From positions 2,108,909 to 2,172,908 of the forward strand of contig MU057560.1 of the NCBI GenBank assembly GCA_013265495.1: 64,000 bases of DNA. The letters run 5' to 3'. Below the pieces are notes generated by a model. That model was not told the origin of the DNA and did no database searches. It saw nothing but the letters and a program-made list of their open reading frames with translations. Both the position numbers and the translations under genes were made by a program. Shown one piece after another: positions 47,676 to 59,945 of the stretch. Within the stretch, counting starts at the first letter, position 1; every line of letters begins with the position of its first letter. This stretch comes from Vicugna vicugna (Eukaryota).

Positions 47676-49419
47676 GTCCCAGGAGCTGCGCTGGCACCGG
47701 GGGAGTGGCTGAGACACAGCACAGGCCTGCAGTCACTGTGGGAGGTCCATGCCTTTGAGGGGTGCAGCGAGGGGGTGCACTCGGAGGAAGGAACTTCCCC
47801 TTGTGGGGCGTGGACAAGGAGCTGAGGGAGAGGCTGTCTGTCTGCCTCCCACCCCGCAGCTGGGTCCACGCTCCCCGTCACAAGTGCCGTCGAGCCACAG
47901 GCCAAGCCTGTCCACCAGTGTCGTCGGGGAGTGAATCCGCATTGCACACTTGTGCTCCCACACCTGCGAAAGGGACGCTTGTGGACATTTCAGCACATCT
48001 TCCTCAGGTTCACCGGGATGCTGGTATTCCGAAGCTACCTCATTGTTCAGAGTATTTCTTGAATTCTTTCTTGTTACGTGTGTCCAGCCTTTTCCCTGCA
48101 GTGCAGGTGCAGGAGCAGCACTGGGGACCCGTGTGCCCCTGCCCGCTCCCCAGCGGGTACCCAGCCTGGCTGCCGGTCAGGGTCCCCACCAGGAACGAGG
48201 TGAGGGGACGGCCCACGTGTCCCACGCGTGCTCGGTCGTGACGCCTTTTTACGTCCACCGCCCTCTCCCCGCGCCCCGTGCTTTGTCCTGGCAGTGTTGG
48301 GTCTGCGCCTCCCTCCCCACTAACGGGTCACTTCCAGTGTGTTCTACACGTTGCCCTCGTCCCGCCCTGGAGGCTTGGCCTGGAGTCGCTCCTTCCTGCT
48401 TGCTCTGCACCAGACTCCTGGTCGCTGGGCCGCCGTCCCTGTAGGCGCTTGGCTGTGGATGCGCGCCTGGGCCCCGGCACTGGGCTGCTGTGAGTGAAGG
48501 TCCCCTGAGCGTCAGCACGCTGGTCCCCCCGGCTCTGCGTCTCCCCTCTCCTGGCCGAGGCCGCAAGCTGCCGGCCGGGCGGGGCAGCGTCTTGTTTTGC
48601 AGAAGCGGCCGCGCTCTGCTCTGGAGCAGCTGCCGGTGATCCCCCCGCCAGCCGTGTCCGAGGGTCCAGTCCCCGCGTCCTCGCCGGCAGTCGGGTTGGC
48701 GTGTGTGTTCTTTTATGCATCGTCAGTGATGTCGAAGTCTCATTAGGAGACAGGGAGTTCGAGTTTTGGAAATTTAAGTCCGGTGAACACGACGTGGACG
48801 TGAAGGGTGCTGTTTGTGGTCAAGTGGGCGACAGCGGTGTTCTTCTTTGCTTGCTTGCTTTCCTTTTTGGTGTATTACTTGGGCAGAGAGCAGTTCATGA
48901 GAGGGGCTCCCAGCCGTCCTGACTGCCGGCCGCTGCTGGGGGTGGGGGGCGCATCCAGGGTGCCACATGGTGCCCAGTGCACAAGCTGTTGCTGCCCCGA
49001 TGGGCAGGGGTGAGCTGTGGGGCTCCTGTCCTCGGGCCACTTGGCCTTCCTCACTCTGGGGCAGCACAGGGCGTGGTGTGCACGGCCCCACATCTGCACC
49101 TCAGCAAGCAGGGTCAGGCCGTGTCCAGGGTCTCCTGTGCTCACCTGCCCTGAGGTGGCCAGATGAGCACTGGAAAGTCACCGTTTCTCTAGATTAGCTC
49201 CCCATTCCGGAAGAGGAGGTGGTGTCTCATAGCTGTGCTGATGGCTCCGTGGCAGGGTCCCCGTGGAAATGTACCTTCCAGGTCTGTAAATAAGGCTGTG
49301 AAGGGGTTGGGGTAACATGCCCCTCAGACCCCCCCCAGACTGATTCCCCGGTTCTGCACTGTGGGGGCGCAGGTCCTGATCTGACCTGGGTGGGGGGCGG
49401 GGGGTGCCTCTGACCCAGG

Positions 49420-49875
49420 ATGCAGCTCCTCTCGGCTCAGGGTCCCTCTTCAGAGAGGCCCCTTTTTTGACTGCAAAGGAGAAATATTTTATCTAATTAA
49501 TCAATTAATTTTCATTGAAGTATAGTTGCTGTACAGAATTACGTTACAGGTGTGCAGCACAGTAATTCACGGTTCTTAAAGGCGGTGCTCCATTTACAGT
49601 TGTCATAAAATATTGGCTGGATTCCCTGTGTTGGGAGAGGTCTTTCTTAACCATTCTATCCGAAACAACCACTGCTCCGCCCCCACTCATGTCTCTGTCA
49701 TTTTGCCTGGTTTCATCTTTCGTGGTAGCAGTTGCCACCACCTGACACCCACCGTCTGAGTTCGTGCTCCCGTGTGTTTCTCTGTAGATGGTGCTTCCCC
49801 AGGCAGGGGCTGTCCGGGGGCACCCTCAGCACCACGGACAGTGCCTGGCGCACTCTGGTGCTGGGCGTTTGCAGA
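49420..49875 (+). mobile_element. LINE2 3' end interrupted by a short antisense L1 3' fragment (about 49480-49633)
   Basis: tcttcagagaggccc / ggagaggtctttcttaacca flank the L1 piece (ttcattgaagtatagttg...attccctgtgttg); L2 continues through caccacctgacac and acagtgcctggcgcac. Confidence 0.7.
49825..49845 (+). promoter_or_regulatory. RE1/NRSE (REST binding site) match CTCAGCACCACGGACAGTGCC
   Basis: 19/21 identical to canonical TTCAGCACCACGGACAGCGCC; both half-sites intact with canonical spacing. Confidence 0.75.
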
Positions 49876-52800
49876 AAGGAGGGAGCTGGAGCCGTGGTAA
49901 CGATGCTGATGTTGAGTTGTGGCTGTGAACTGGGCCTGAGGGTTTGCTGCAGCCCCGTGTCCATTTCCCACAGTGACCCTGTGCAGTCGGGACCGCTGCA
50001 GGTCAGCTGACTGGGCCAGAGGGAGGCGGAGGCAGCATCCATGGTCACTCAGTCCTCAGTGGAGCAACTGGGATTCACAGCCGGGCAGCCTGACCTCAGG
50101 ACCCTACAAGTCACCCCACAGTCGCATCCCTGTTGAACGAGGGGTGGGGCCGTTTGGTCTGCACGCTGATTCCGGAGTGGAGTTAGCTGCAGGGAACAGA
50201 AGCACGTCTTCAGCAGAATAGGCTTTGCAGATCTTCCCGCATGTCCCTGCTAGTCCTTCCTGGATGGTCGGCGGGAGGGGCCCTGCTGCAGGGGCTCCTC
50301 ACTTCCTGCATGTTACAGTCACTGTCTTTTCTAATGTGCTTTCTCCTTGCCCTCTTGGTTTGCTCCTGTGGTCACTGTGGATGGTTGTGTAAGAAACTGA
50401 GGGCCTGGGGTCAGTGGCCCAGGGCTCTGCCTGCAGATCTGTAGCTATTCATGCCGTCCCTGCGTGGGCCCTGCTCCCTCGTGCAAACGCGTTGACTGGG
50501 GTGGAGGGTGTCTCTGATGCTCTTCCGGCTCTAAGTTCAGCAGGCGCAGTGGGCTCGCTGTCACACGTCCTCGGTGCCACATGCTTCTTCTCTAATAGTA
50601 GCTCAAGACCCTCCTTCCAGTCTGCCTCTCACATTGAGGTCAGGGCCCCTGCTGCTCTGCCACGGCCACACCATCCACGTGAGGTCCTCCTGGGGTGAAG
50701 TCAGTTCAGCTGGTGGCTGGCTGCCTGCAGGGGTTGGGTTGAACCAGTGGGGACGCTTTGACCAAATTGTGGTATTTTGGCTGTTTTCAGTGTGTCTCAT
50801 CCTGTCTTCCTCCAGGTGATGTGTGAGCTGCCTAATAAAGCCTTTTGTAACAGGATGGAATCAAGCTAAGTAATCTGGATAAGTGGAATTAATAAAATTC
50901 TTCCTCATTATGTTAAGGACACTGAGGTCAGAGTTCACCCCAGTGTCACACGTGTAGCGGACACTCACTTTTGGGGAGTAGATAAGAGGGGCTCTCTGCA
51001 GTTCCCTTCTGTGTGCTGCGGCTCATCCTTCTCCGGAGTCGGGCTCTCCTCGGGTCAGCGACTGGTGGGTGTGCGTTTACCAGCATACGCAGTGTCTGCA
51101 CTGATGGTGAGCTGTGCCGTGGGAGTGGGGGCTGCAGACCCCGCGAATTCTCTAGGGCCTCCTGGCACCACACCCCGTTCTTTGTTTACTGCAGCGCATT
51201 TTGGAGCCCCAGTGAGGGGCAGGTTTTCGGGAACGCGGCAGGTAAGAGCAGGCGGGAGGTAGCTGTCCTCCACGCCGGCTCATGGTGAGGGTGGGTGAAA
51301 CTCAGCGGTGCATCCGTCGTAATCGGCCGAGGGCCGATCAGCCACAACAGCGTGATTTCACAGCTCTCCACCTCCTTTTGGTGGTGAAGAGGCTCTCAGC
51401 GTTGAGGAGTGACGCACCGTGGCTGTAGATTAATGCTCCCTGCTGGAGAGTGGAAGCAAAGTCAAGATCACGGGAACAGCGCGCCGGTTCCCAGGTGGTG
51501 GGTCAGGAGCAGTCGCACAGACTGCTGTGTTTCCTGGATGGGGAACATCTCCTTAAAGGAGAAGTGACTAAAATCAGAGACCAGCAGCTCTGGGGGATGG
51601 AAGTGAAATTACCGACAGTCAGCCGCAGGCTCCTTCACACACTTTCCCCACCCGGGGCGGGGCGGGGCGCGAGGAGTCGGCGCAGCGGGCACCCGGGTGT
51701 TGCTCTCATGTCGTTGCAGATGCCCTCGGCACTTGGACGCAGTGACCACCGACGTTTGCCTTCTGAGTGAACGTTGGGGGAAAGGTACCTCTTCAGTGTT
51801 GATGGAGGTAAATGTCACTCTGAAATGCCAGGCTGAGAGTCGCTGGGAATCCCGGAAGTGGGTGCACACATTACCAGTATTGCTAGAGAAAGGAAAAAGG
51901 CATAAGCATTGGTGTTGGGCTTGGAGAAGAAACACAAGAGAAGAGACTTGTGTGGGTCCCCCAGATGCTTGAGGTGGTTTGGCCAGAGAAAGAGTTTGGC
52001 CTCATCTCTGATGTTTTGTTTCTTCTTTTTAGTTCGGTGTGACAGAACCGTGTGAGTTGGCTCAGGTGAATGTTACGAAGAGTAAATTCAGAGTTACCCT
52101 TAGCATCTTACAGAAGTTGTGTCAGAGGATGAGTCGAAAAAGAAGTTTGAAATTTGTAAAGATCCTGTGGTATGACTCTCCCGTTAGCGACAGTGGAAAA
52201 TCCGCTGTGAGTATGACAGTGTCCTCACTGAGTGTTCGTCAGGTTTTGCAAGATCCACGTTCGTGCTTTCTGGCTGCACCTGACCTAGATGCACCGAGGC
52301 GTGAGATTTTTAAACGGGAGCCCTGAAGTTGCTTCCCTAGTTACTGGTTCATTGCTGAAGATGCCCGCCGGCTTTAAAAGAAGCCGGAATGATGCCCCAA
52401 ACCCCTAATTTTGTGTAGGAAAAGGACAGGCTGTGGTATTACAGGACAATGTAAAGATGTCTTCCTCTTTCACTTTGGTTAAAGTCTCCGTTGTCAGACG
52501 AGGTGGCTGTCTGAGCCGCCCTTGTCCCTCGTGAGGGTAACTGAAGCTAAGAAAGGGGTGGTGAGGAGATAGTAAGACACAGTGTGTAGGTACAGCTTGC
52601 CCGGGAGGAGCCAGACTGCGGAATCTGGACACACGGTGCAGAGGGTGTAAGTATTTACAGTGCAGGATAAATTCGTATCCTTTCTGAGACTCCAGTTTAG
52701 GTTCCCATTAGACAGCAGGGTGCGAAGTGCCTCGGTCGGTCCCCTCAGGAGCCCAGAGGGTCTTCCCCAGAACGTGCTGGGCAGATACACACCACTGTGT

Positions 52801-55800
52801 CCAGGGGACAGTTCACAAGGGCGTCTTTTTTGAAGTTCTGTTTGTGATTATTTACACTTGAGGTTTAAATAATTTTAATCATTAAAAATTTAAATCTGAA
52901 GGGCCACTGACCCGGCTGTGAGAGTTTTCAACTATCGTTGGTTTTTCTTCTACTGTTTGAAAAATAGAGTGTGGGAGGAGGAGGCGGAGGGGAGCCCAGC
53001 CTGCTGATCGGAATTCGGACGGTGCTTTATTTCAGAGTGGGTTGGGCTTCCAGGCTAGCTTTGAACTTGCTGGTCAGACACAGGAGCAGAAGCCTTGAAC
53101 TTCTTGGACGGGCCACTGACTGCATGGCACCCACCCCATCTGCACCGTCTTGGGGAGTCTGCAGTGAGCACCCAGCAGGCAGGCCTGTGAGCTCGGGGCT
53201 TCGGGGTGCGGGAGTCAGTCATCTCGGTGTGGTGGGCCCGGCTCTCTCTGGGGCGGGAGCACTGGTCAGGAGCCCCCCAGGGAGTGCAGTGGGTGGTGTC
53301 CGCCGGCTCCCGTGTCCACCCCACGTTGTGGTAGATCCTGGGCCTCGGACGTGCCCCGCCCGAGGGAGGCTTTTGAGGAGGCAGGTCTCCAGCCCACACG
53401 CTTCCCAGCGCTGAGCTGTGAGTGCGCGTGCATGATCTTGTTGAGATGTGCGTGGCTGGTGGAGACGCAGTAGACGCAGACTTCCAATCACTGAGTCACC
53501 AGCGCCCAGAGTTGCACGCGTGCCCGTCAGAAAGGGGTCCCAGGTGGTGCCTGCGGACGGTTCTGTCACTTCAGGTGTCTCTGTGTGTCATGGCCGCCAG
53601 GAAACCTCACATCCTCGCATCTGGTCACGGTGAGCTTCTCGACTTAACGGCGCGCCTCTTAGAGCGCTCTTTTTTCATGCTTGTAGCAGTTGTGAAAAGC
53701 CTCTCGAGTTCCGCTGTGAATTTCGGAGCAGGAAGAAATCGACCAGGCTGCCAAATCTGTGTGTTTTAAGAGAGAGAGATACAAACTGGGGAGATAACTT
53801 CTTAGGTTCTTTTTGTAAAGGATTTCAAAATTTGACTGATAATCTCCGACTTCATCACTGATGGTTTAATAGATAAGTTTCTTAAGGTTTTCCCTTTCTC
53901 AGTGAAGCAATAAATGTGGCGAGTTTTGGAATGCCATCCAACAGGCGGTCTCAGCCCAGCACCCCTCGTGTGCTGAGGCTTGGTTTCCGTCCTTAGGAGT
54001 TAGCACGGCCCGAGGGCGGACTGCCTGGCCCCCCACCTCGCTCCCGCGGGGACTGCAGGGAATGGGAGGATACGCAAATGATGGTTGTGTATTGAGGTGG
54101 TTTTAGGAGTTTCTCAGTGTCCCTTGAGCGTCCTCACCGCGGGTGCCAAGATCCAGAGTCTGAGCCGTTTGTTCTGGAATCCCTTACCTGAGCTTTCCTG
54201 CTGGCGTGGTCCTTGTGAACTGCCTCGAAGAAGTTCACGTTTTTCGTTTGGGTGTATTCACAGAAGCAGGCCTTCTCTGTGTTTTTCTTTCAGTGCCCGT
54301 GAGGGGGGGCAACGTGCGTGTACGTGAGGTCTGTGCTGCCTTGGTCCCGACTTGAGAGCGCAGTTCCACGTCCGCTCACACTCACCGTCGAGCGTGATGA
54401 AGCAGAACCGTGGACGATGTTCACACGCAGAGAAGTAAACTTCCTGGTTCGGAGCAGCAAGGGCGGCAGGAACTGGGTTCTTTCTCACGTTTGTGGCCCT
54501 GGGCTCGTGGTGACGGTCCACGAGGCGAGAGGTCTCCCCTCTCCATCGCACTCTGCGTCCTCTGCCGGTCCCAGCACTGAGACCAGAGGGGTCGCTGCCT
54601 GTAAACGAGCTGCACGCGTTTTCGGACGTGCCGCCCGGGGTGGACAACAGACAAGCCTCCCTCAGCAGTCGGGCTGCGTGACACGCAGCGTCTCATTTGC
54701 AGACAGTTCGGCGCCTGAGGGGCTCTTGCCGTCAGCGAGGCCGCGGTGCTGGTGTGGACTGTCCGGGCTGTCCCCCCCGGGAAGGTCGGAGGGCCTTCAT
54801 TTGTGAAGCGTCCCGTGGACGGAAGTTGTGGGACAAGAGGCCGGTGTGTGACAGGGGCGAGGCGAGGGGCACGAAGAGCGGGAAGCCCGGGGAGAGGCAA
54901 AGGCCGCGTGCATTTCCTCTCAGGACCCCCCCCTTCCCGGACGTTTATCTCCACTGAGGATCGCGGTGCTGCAGGCCGCGGTCGTGACTACTCTCAGAAC
55001 ACACAGCCACTGAGACTTCTTCTGGGAACTCGGCAGTTGGGCAGCTGGTCTCATAGACCGGTCTCCCCGCGACACCACCATGCGCCCCGCTGTCCGGGCC
55101 CCAGGCTTTCAGGCTTGGTCACCTGGGGTCGGCACCTGTGTGGGTCCCGGCCGCAGACTGTCAGAATTGCGGAGGAAGGCCTCCTCACAACCCCAGTGTT
55201 TTCCGCTTTCCTGTGTCTTTGCAGCGGCGACCGTGTGTCATTCACTGTGACCTCCAGAGGTGGCAGGAGACTGTTCCCCTGATGAAGCATCTCTTAAACC
55301 TGTCACCAGTGAGCACTGAAGCCAGGGTTTCTCCTGAAGCAAATCAGCATTGCCTCTTGTGTTCTTTAAGCTCTTTGTTTTCTTCTTTTTGAACTACATA
55401 TATATTTTCCTTCTCCGATATAAAAAGTTACTTCTATAAACATTTGAAATTCATTTGATTGTTTCCTCTGACAATGTGGCTGTGAAACGCGAGCCTTGTC
55501 CCAGGGAGACGCGGCCACACAGAGGCAAACGGAACCGTGCTGGGGGTGATGAGGGGGACTGCAAGCCATCACGCCTTCACTTCCACTCCTGGGGCAGAGC
55601 TGGACCGGGGGACCCCTGTCTGTAAGTCAGGGGCGGGAGGGGGCCCTGCCCGGGCTGCGTCTGGAGGGAGAATATTCTGTGAAGCAGGCGGGCTCCTCCC
55701 AATGCCTTCCTGCTGTTGGATTTGGCTCTAGAGTGAGTGTGCGAGCAGTTTGGGGTCTGCAGCTTGGGCTGATGCCTGTGTAGGTGTGTGAGCATGCGTC

Positions 55801-57335
55801 CCCCGAGCAGAAGGAAGCAAGAGGACTTGGAGCCCGTTCTCGGGGACGCCTGGTGTTGGCTGGAGCCCCCTGGTCCACATCACCGATGCTCCGAATGCAC
55901 CTTGTGTGCGTACTCCTGACTCTAGGTGCCCCAGGACGTCCGGCCCCCCGTGTGTCCATGGATCTGACCCTCTGTAGATGCTCTAGAATGTACCAGGCCT
56001 GCCATACACACGTGCCCCTGACCCCTGAGTGTCTGGTGTTGTTCAGGGAGGTGGGGGGGCGCAGGGAAGGCATTTCTCAGCTAGGGTGGAGCCCCCCGGG
56101 CAGAGTGTTCTGGCAGCAGTGGGCCTGGGGGTGTGCGTGGTGGGTGGGGCGTGTGCGGGCTTGGCCTCTGAGCCCTTCTGTGACGCTGTCTGACTGTCCG
56201 CTGTGAAATGCCTTTAACCCACGGTGTCCCCACCTGCGATGTCCCACACGGGAGGTTGCTAGGATCAGCTTTTATCTGTGGGAGGATATAATGCAGATTC
56301 ACGGGCACTGTATTTCCTCATGAAGCTAACTCAGTTTTGCTGTTTGAATTTCTGATTTAAAACTTAGCCACCTGAAACCTTAAGAGTGGCACTTCTGAAT
56401 AACTTGAGTTTTCCTGATCACTGAGGTTCGTCAAAGTTAAAACATCAAGGCTTTAAAACAACCCGTATTAGATGGAAAATTTTCTAAAACCGATTTTGAC
56501 CTTTACCGTTTTTAAGGCACACTCACTCCGCTCCGCCGCGGGGCTCGCCGGCCGCGCGGTCAGGACCGTTCTCGCGCCGGCAGGTGCGCTGTGCCGGCTC
56601 GGCCACGCCAAGGGCCCAGGGGCCCGGGTCTCCCCCCGCCCCCCCCCATGGCCGTCGTGTCATCGCCTTGACGGCTTGCCCTGGCACCCCGCCCCTCCTC
56701 ACCAGCGCCCTGGCCCTCACAGCCACGGTCCCCTTCTCCCGAGGACCCAGAGCCACGGGCGGGCGGCAGGAGGAGGGGTCTTGCCGGCGTGGAGCCTAAC
56801 GCTTTTCCTTCTTGCTCTCGTTTCAGGGTTGCTGGCTGTCCTCCAAACCCTAGTGTGCTAATGGTTAACTAAATGCACTTTAAAGTGGTCTCATTTTTTG
56901 GAATGTGGTGTCTCCACTCTTACTGGAATTCTTGTCTCTTACCTGGAATTCATGAGCAAGTATGAATTCAGTGCCATGGGCCCCGAACATTGCTGGTCAC
57001 TGGAGAATGGAATAGGTTTTTAATAAATGGGGCCTTCTCTCCAGGAGCCTTTAATCTGGCTGCGGAACCGAAGTCAGATGCTCACGGCCCAGAGGTGGTG
57101 TCCGAGGCTGGTGTGTCATTAACGATGGCCTTTGGGAGGACAGGGAGGGCCTGCACGTGGTGGGGGGGCGGCCAGTCTTCGGCATTGCACTGGCTAATTC
57201 TTACCCTGTGGCGTCAGTGCCCTGGGCATCTCTGGCTTTCTGGGGCTTCCGCTGAAAATCCCACGTCTGTGTGATGGCCCTCAGGTTGTCATCGTGCTGA
57301 CAGTGTTGGGGAGTTCCTCCTCGTCCTGGCTCTTC

Positions 57336-57500
57336 TGTGTGTGTGCGTGTGTGTGTCTATGTGCGCGTGTGTCTGTGTGTGTCTGTGTCTGTGTGTCTGT
57401 GTGTGTTTGTGTGCATGTGTTTGTATGTGCTTGTGTCTATGTGTGCGTGTGTGTATGTGCATCTGCGTGTGTCTGTGTGACTGTGTGTGCGTGTGTGTGC
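57336..57500. repeat. Degenerate (TG)n microsatellite
   Basis: Visible directly. Confidence 0.9.
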
Positions 57501-57579
57501 ACTAGGGGGCAGGAGTTACAAGTGAGAGCTGGTGAGGAGCCTGTAGATGGATCTGAATTTCCTGTCCCTGTTGTAGGGT

Positions 57580-57932
57580 GTGAGGAGCTGCATTTGCTGT
57601 TCTCCCGAGTTCATGTGTTGAAACCCTCGTCTCCAGTGTGTTGGCCTTTGTGGGGCCTTTGGGAGGCGACGCGGTCCGGAGGGTGGAGCTCTCTCTCAGA
57701 TGGCTAGTGCCCTCAGGAGAGAGACTCGGAGCTTCCCCTCTGCTCTCTGTGCTGTGAGGACAGGGAGAAGGCGACTGTGTGCAGGGCAGGCCGTGTGGAG
57801 GGTCCCCACCAGAGTCCCACCACGCTGGCACCCTGGTCTCCGACTTCCAGCCTCCAGAGTGTGAGAGATCAGCCTCTGGGGGTTAAGTCCCCAGTCTGAG
57901 GTGTTCTGTCACAGCAGCCGAGGGGCCGAGAC
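57580..57932 (+). mobile_element. MLT1A-type LTR
   Basis: gttcatgtgttgaaaccct...gctggcaccctggtctccgacttccagcctccagagtgtgaga...cagcagccgaggggccgagaca. Confidence 0.85.
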
Positions 57933-58954
57933 AGGACGTGCCCAGCACAGACAAGGGCTTACCGTCCGCCAGGACGGGGCTGTGGTGGCCCTGCACCCTC
58001 TTCCCTGTTTTGTATTTTCCTTGGCATCCATTGTCGGCTGTCTGAACTCTACATAAGTGTCCCTGTGTGAACAGGCTGCCAAGAGAAGTTCAGTCATCTT
58101 GCTCCAAAAAATTGTCTTCAGATCAGAACTGCCAGTGTCTTAACCAAATAGGCACAACAGATTTTAGAACCAGGTTTCTTGGCATCTCTTCTGGCCATGG
58201 TATTTTAATTCTGTTTACTGGATATTGTGCATTTTTCAGTGTTATTAGAAAAGCTCTTGGGCTGACAGAGGCACCATGTACCTGTGGTCACAGAGCTATG
58301 AACTCTGTGTGTCTTAAACTATGAATGAGAAAGAAGTTGTGGTCCTGAATTACACTGACATGATAAAAGTAGTAACGGCTCACTCACAGTCTTGCAGGAT
58401 GGTGTTGGGGAGGTGCGCTCCATCAGTCAGCGTTGTGTTCTGTTTGAGAAGGAAATAGCGAGGGTCTTTATTGGCATCTTCAGTTCCTCAGGTGTCAGGG
58501 GACGCGGAGTGGGACTCTCCTGTTTATGAGCACTCGGGAGTTGCAGCCGGGAAGGCAGAAATTCCTACTTGTGATCAAACTGAGAAAGTCTTGCCCCCTT
58601 TGTCCTTTATCACGGTGGTGTGATGTGTGTCTTTAGTTAGTTATTCGAATGTGCTTGCACCGTTAGGATGGTTTTGGCTGCAGGTAACAGGAAACTGGCT
58701 CACGCTGCTGAGACATTGGACAGTGTCTGGCAGCTCAGGCAGGGCATGCTGAGCTGCTGGGCACCTCAGGGATGTGATGCCCCCTCTCCGCCGATCTCAG
58801 CTCCGCCTCCCAGGAGATGCTGCGAGAGACGCGGGCATCCTTTCCCCAGTCACGCCGTCTGTCTGTGTCCCTTCAGACCCAGCCCCTATCAGGCCCCTTC
58901 ACATCTCCGGCTAGAGTCGGTCAGCTCCCCAGGGGCCGGGAGACCCTGTCTGCA

Positions 58955-59760
58955 GTGTCTCGTCAGCTCAGGTGTCATAACAAAAGCCCACAGCTGGGGC
59001 TTAAACAGCAGAAATGCTGACTTCTTAACAGCTCTGGAGGCTGGATGTCTGAGATCAGGGTGCTGGGAAGAGCTCTCTTCCTGACTTACAAATGCCACCT
59101 CGCACGGTGCGTTCACATGGCAGGGAAGGAGGGTATAGAAATATAGAGACAGATCACAGGTAGAGAGACAGAGATCACAGGGAGAGACAGAGATCACAGG
59201 GAGAGACAGAGATTGCAGGGAGAGAGACAGAGATCACAGGGAGAGAGACAGAGATCACAGGGAGAGAGACAGAGATCACAGGGACAGACAGAGATTGCAG
59301 GGAGAGAGACAGAGATCACAGGGAGAGAGATCACAGGGAGAGACAGAAATTGCAGGGAGAGAGACAGAGATCACAGGGAGAGACAGAGATTGCAGGGAGA
59401 GAGACAGAGATCACAGGGAGAGACAGAGATCACAGGGAGAGACAGATCACAGGGAGAGAGACAGAGATCACAGGGAGAGACAGATCACAGGGAGAGACAG
59501 AGATCACAGGGAGAGAGACAGATCACAGGGAGAGACAGAGATCACAGGGAGAGAGACAGATCACAGGGAGAGAGACAGATCACAGGGAGAGACAAAGACA
59601 GATATGCACGACTGGGGACCGAGAGCTCGCAGAGTCTAGTGTCTGGCCGTGTGTGGGCACTATTCCCACCACGCGGCCCGCCCTCCAGCGCTCGTGGAAC
59701 CATAATCACTTCCCAGATCCCTCCCAACCCCCATGCACACACCAGGTGACTCTGAGAGGA
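58955..59760 (-). mobile_element. MLT1A-type LTR split by a minisatellite
   Basis: ggcttaaacagcagaaat...acagctctggaggctggatgtctgagatcagggtg...cacatggcag before the array; gggcactattcccacc...taatcacttcccaga after it. Confidence 0.75.
59145..59600. repeat. Purine-rich minisatellite, about 23 copies of 18-22 bp (ag)n-acagagatcacaggg
   Basis: Units counted by eye; they explain the QGERQRS-type ORFs. Confidence 0.95.
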
Positions 59761-59945
59761 GGGCTGGATGCCTGTCCGCCGCAGGGCGTTAGCGCCGCGC
59801 AACGTCAGGGAGAGCGCTGCTGCCACCCGGCTGGTGACGAGGCTGGAGGGGCCCTGCTGGCCGGGGGAGGGCATGTGTGAAAGCCCCGGTCTGGAGGGTG
59901 GGCTGCGGGCACCCGCCTAACGAGCTCTCCTTTCTCCTCCCGCAG

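Noticed and set aside
56520..56790. CpG-dense patch as an internal promoter (also about 14690-15200)
   Set aside because: CpG is elevated across the window and there is no independent sign of a transcription start.
57495..57512. CTCF-like motif gcactagggggcag (also about 16238-16253)
   Set aside because: Imperfect cores that are frequent by chance at this GC content.
59145..59600. CRISPR-like or repeat-protein appearance of the array
   Set aside because: Head-to-tail units without unique spacers, in mammalian DNA; the ORFs only reflect lack of stop codons.
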